In this document: positions 33,844-35,240 of the stretch, one piece after another | Layout of the letters: the number at the start of each line of letters is the position of its first letter | Numbering within the stretch: the first letter of the stretch is position 1 | Position numbers and translations under genes: made by a program | Notes under the pieces: generated by a model | Seen by the model: the letters and a program-made list of their open reading frames with translations, nothing else | What the model was told of the DNA's origin: nothing | Databases searched by the model: none | UHGV virus genome: UHGV-0174372 | Direction: 5' to 3' (one strand) | Length of the DNA: 35,240 nt | Origin: a virus

Positions 33844-35240
33844 ATGCAGAGATTTAACATATTTCGTGATCAGAACATCGCGTTGGCGAAATCGCTGATT
33901 ATTAAATCAGAATCAATCGCACAACAGATGAATCTGGCAATAACCGAGAACGGCGGTTTCGTTTCCGATAACCGTAGTACGTGGCGATACTACCTGCATT
34001 TAGCAGGACAACGTCACGAAATGGATAAACCCATTTACATCACGTCGCTCGACACGCAAGAGCAGATAGAATTAACGACAGCCAACCTGTCCCGTCATAA
34101 AAAGACCTCTAACGTTTTTCGTTCGAATGTCGAGTATATCGAGGCGTTGATCGCAACTTATCCTGAATACGCGGTTTATATTCGCGGCGTCTTTACGCCA
34201 ATCGATTTAAATTACGCGCTACGTGTAGACGATTGTTCTATTTTGTACTACGACAGTTCGTTAGTAGAATCACAAGAGACGTCATTGATTAGCCGACTGG
34301 AAGCGAGAATTCGTGCAGCCCACGTCCGGTACATGGCTGAGGGTTGGAAGGTCCACAACGATGCGTTTGTGTTAGCTTTCTATTGCATGTTGTTTCCGCA
34401 GCTACCGGGTATAATTGGTTATATTCGTTCTTCTTTACAACATACGACAGAAACACACTCTTTCTTCGTTACCGAGTTTTTAGCTTCGCATCAGGAACTG
34501 CATGAGTTTATGCCGTACCTGACTCAGAAACAAAAATTCATTCTTTATCGAAATATTCGATACTGGGAACGTAACTCAGGGAAAGAGGAGATCTTCGATT
34601 GGCAAATCGATGCGCTACTGACAGGCTGGGGAATGCCTGCGGTTGGGTATAATGTTGCGCAGCAGATTCACGAACCGAAAGATGATGACGATTCAACCTT
34701 AACACCGTTGCCTATCGGTTATCAGCAATCTTTAAACTACACAGAGAAAGACTCTGGACGCGATTTGGATATTGTTACCACTACGGACATAATCCAAAAA
34801 GAGGTGGGGTTAGCGTATAACAACCCGGCGTACGAACCAGAGTACCAAGAAGACTTAGACACGCGACTGAGTCTGACACAATACCCCAACTTAACGACGA
34901 AACTCGTAGAAGTAACCGCCGTTGACCCAGAAGCTATTGAGCGTTTTGAATACACACATAACCTCTTTAATGAATGGGTACATTTGGTGGCGAAAGGAAA
35001 GTATAACATCTACCACGAGATTCTTAACCCGACAAACGGCGATACATTAAAGTTAAGTTCGAAAGAACTGTTGGCACTGTTTTTGTACGCGGCGTATAAA
35101 GGTTACTCCGATGTTGCCCTTGAAGAAATCCCCGTATTTAACGTTTTTGATGTGTTGATTAAACGATGGGTTTCGTTCGATGAAATGGAACAACATCTTA
35201 TCCCGAGTTGGGAGCACCGTTTCGACGCGCTGATTAACTA
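33844..35240 (+). CDS. hypothetical phage protein, 3'-partial (at least 465 aa); not in ORF track
   Basis: ATG 33844; frame checked codon by codon to the window end with no stop; divergent from the 905-aa gene across an 11-bp spacer; in-frame TAA upstream at 33820-33822. Confidence 0.7.
   Translation, partial: MQRFNIFRDQNIALAKSLIIKSESIAQQMNLAITENGGFVSDNRSTWRYYLHLAGQRHEMDKPIYITSLDTQEQIELTTANLSRHKKTSNVFRSNVEYIEALIATYPEYAVYIRGVFTPIDLNYALRVDDCSILYYDSSLVESQETSLISRLEARIRAAHVRYMAEGWKVHNDAFVLAFYCMLFPQLPGIIGYIRSSLQHTTETHSFFVTEFLASHQELHEFMPYLTQKQKFILYRNIRYWERNSGKEEIFDWQIDALLTGWGMPAVGYNVAQQIHEPKDDDDSTLTPLPIGYQQSLNYTEKDSGRDLDIVTTTDIIQKEVGLAYNNPAYEPEYQEDLDTRLSLTQYPNLTTKLVEVTAVDPEAIERFEYTHNLFNEWVHLVAKGKYNIYHEILNPTNGDTLKLSSKELLALFLYAAYKGYSDVALEEIPVFNVFDVLIKRWVSFDEMEQHLIPSWEHRFDALIN

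Noticed and set aside
34737-35009. Minus-strand ORF (90 aa) listed by the track
   Set aside because: It lies inside the long plus-strand ORF that runs from 33844 to the window end, which I verified codon by codon as stop-free.
1-35240. Mobile elements, integrases or transposases
   Set aside because: No inverted-repeat-bounded unit and no transposase- or integrase-like ORF was recognised; the gene density and terminator pattern are uniform phage-like throughout.

Overview
The window reads as a contiguous piece of a large virulent dsDNA phage genome, not a bacterial chromosome. About 30 protein-coding genes are tightly packed on both strands with Shine-Dalgarno sites, 1-nt stop/start overlaps and at least ten hairpin+T-run intrinsic terminators. 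There are no rRNA or tRNA genes, no transposase and no CRISPR array. My tentative reading is a phiKZ-like jumbo phage of an enterobacterial host; this is inference from sequence patterns and recalled literature, and no homology search was possible. The only product recognised with confidence is dihydrofolate reductase (12579-13115). Several genes are strongly codon-optimised and look like major virion proteins: a 764-aa ORF (candidate major capsid protein) and a pair of paralogous ~420-aa proteins. Many presumptive virion proteins carry repeated [A/G]-x-E-S motifs, the kind of site used by prohead proteases in phiKZ-like phages. Two exact copies of a 27-bp AT-rich element (core TATATTAC) sit about 50 nt upstream of start codons and look like early promoters. 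The most unusual locus is 20293-21291: a tandem array of small paralogous ORFs, a truncated third copy, a reiterated 3'-end/hairpin module and runs of consecutive perfect-stem hairpins. Most product assignments are hypothetical.
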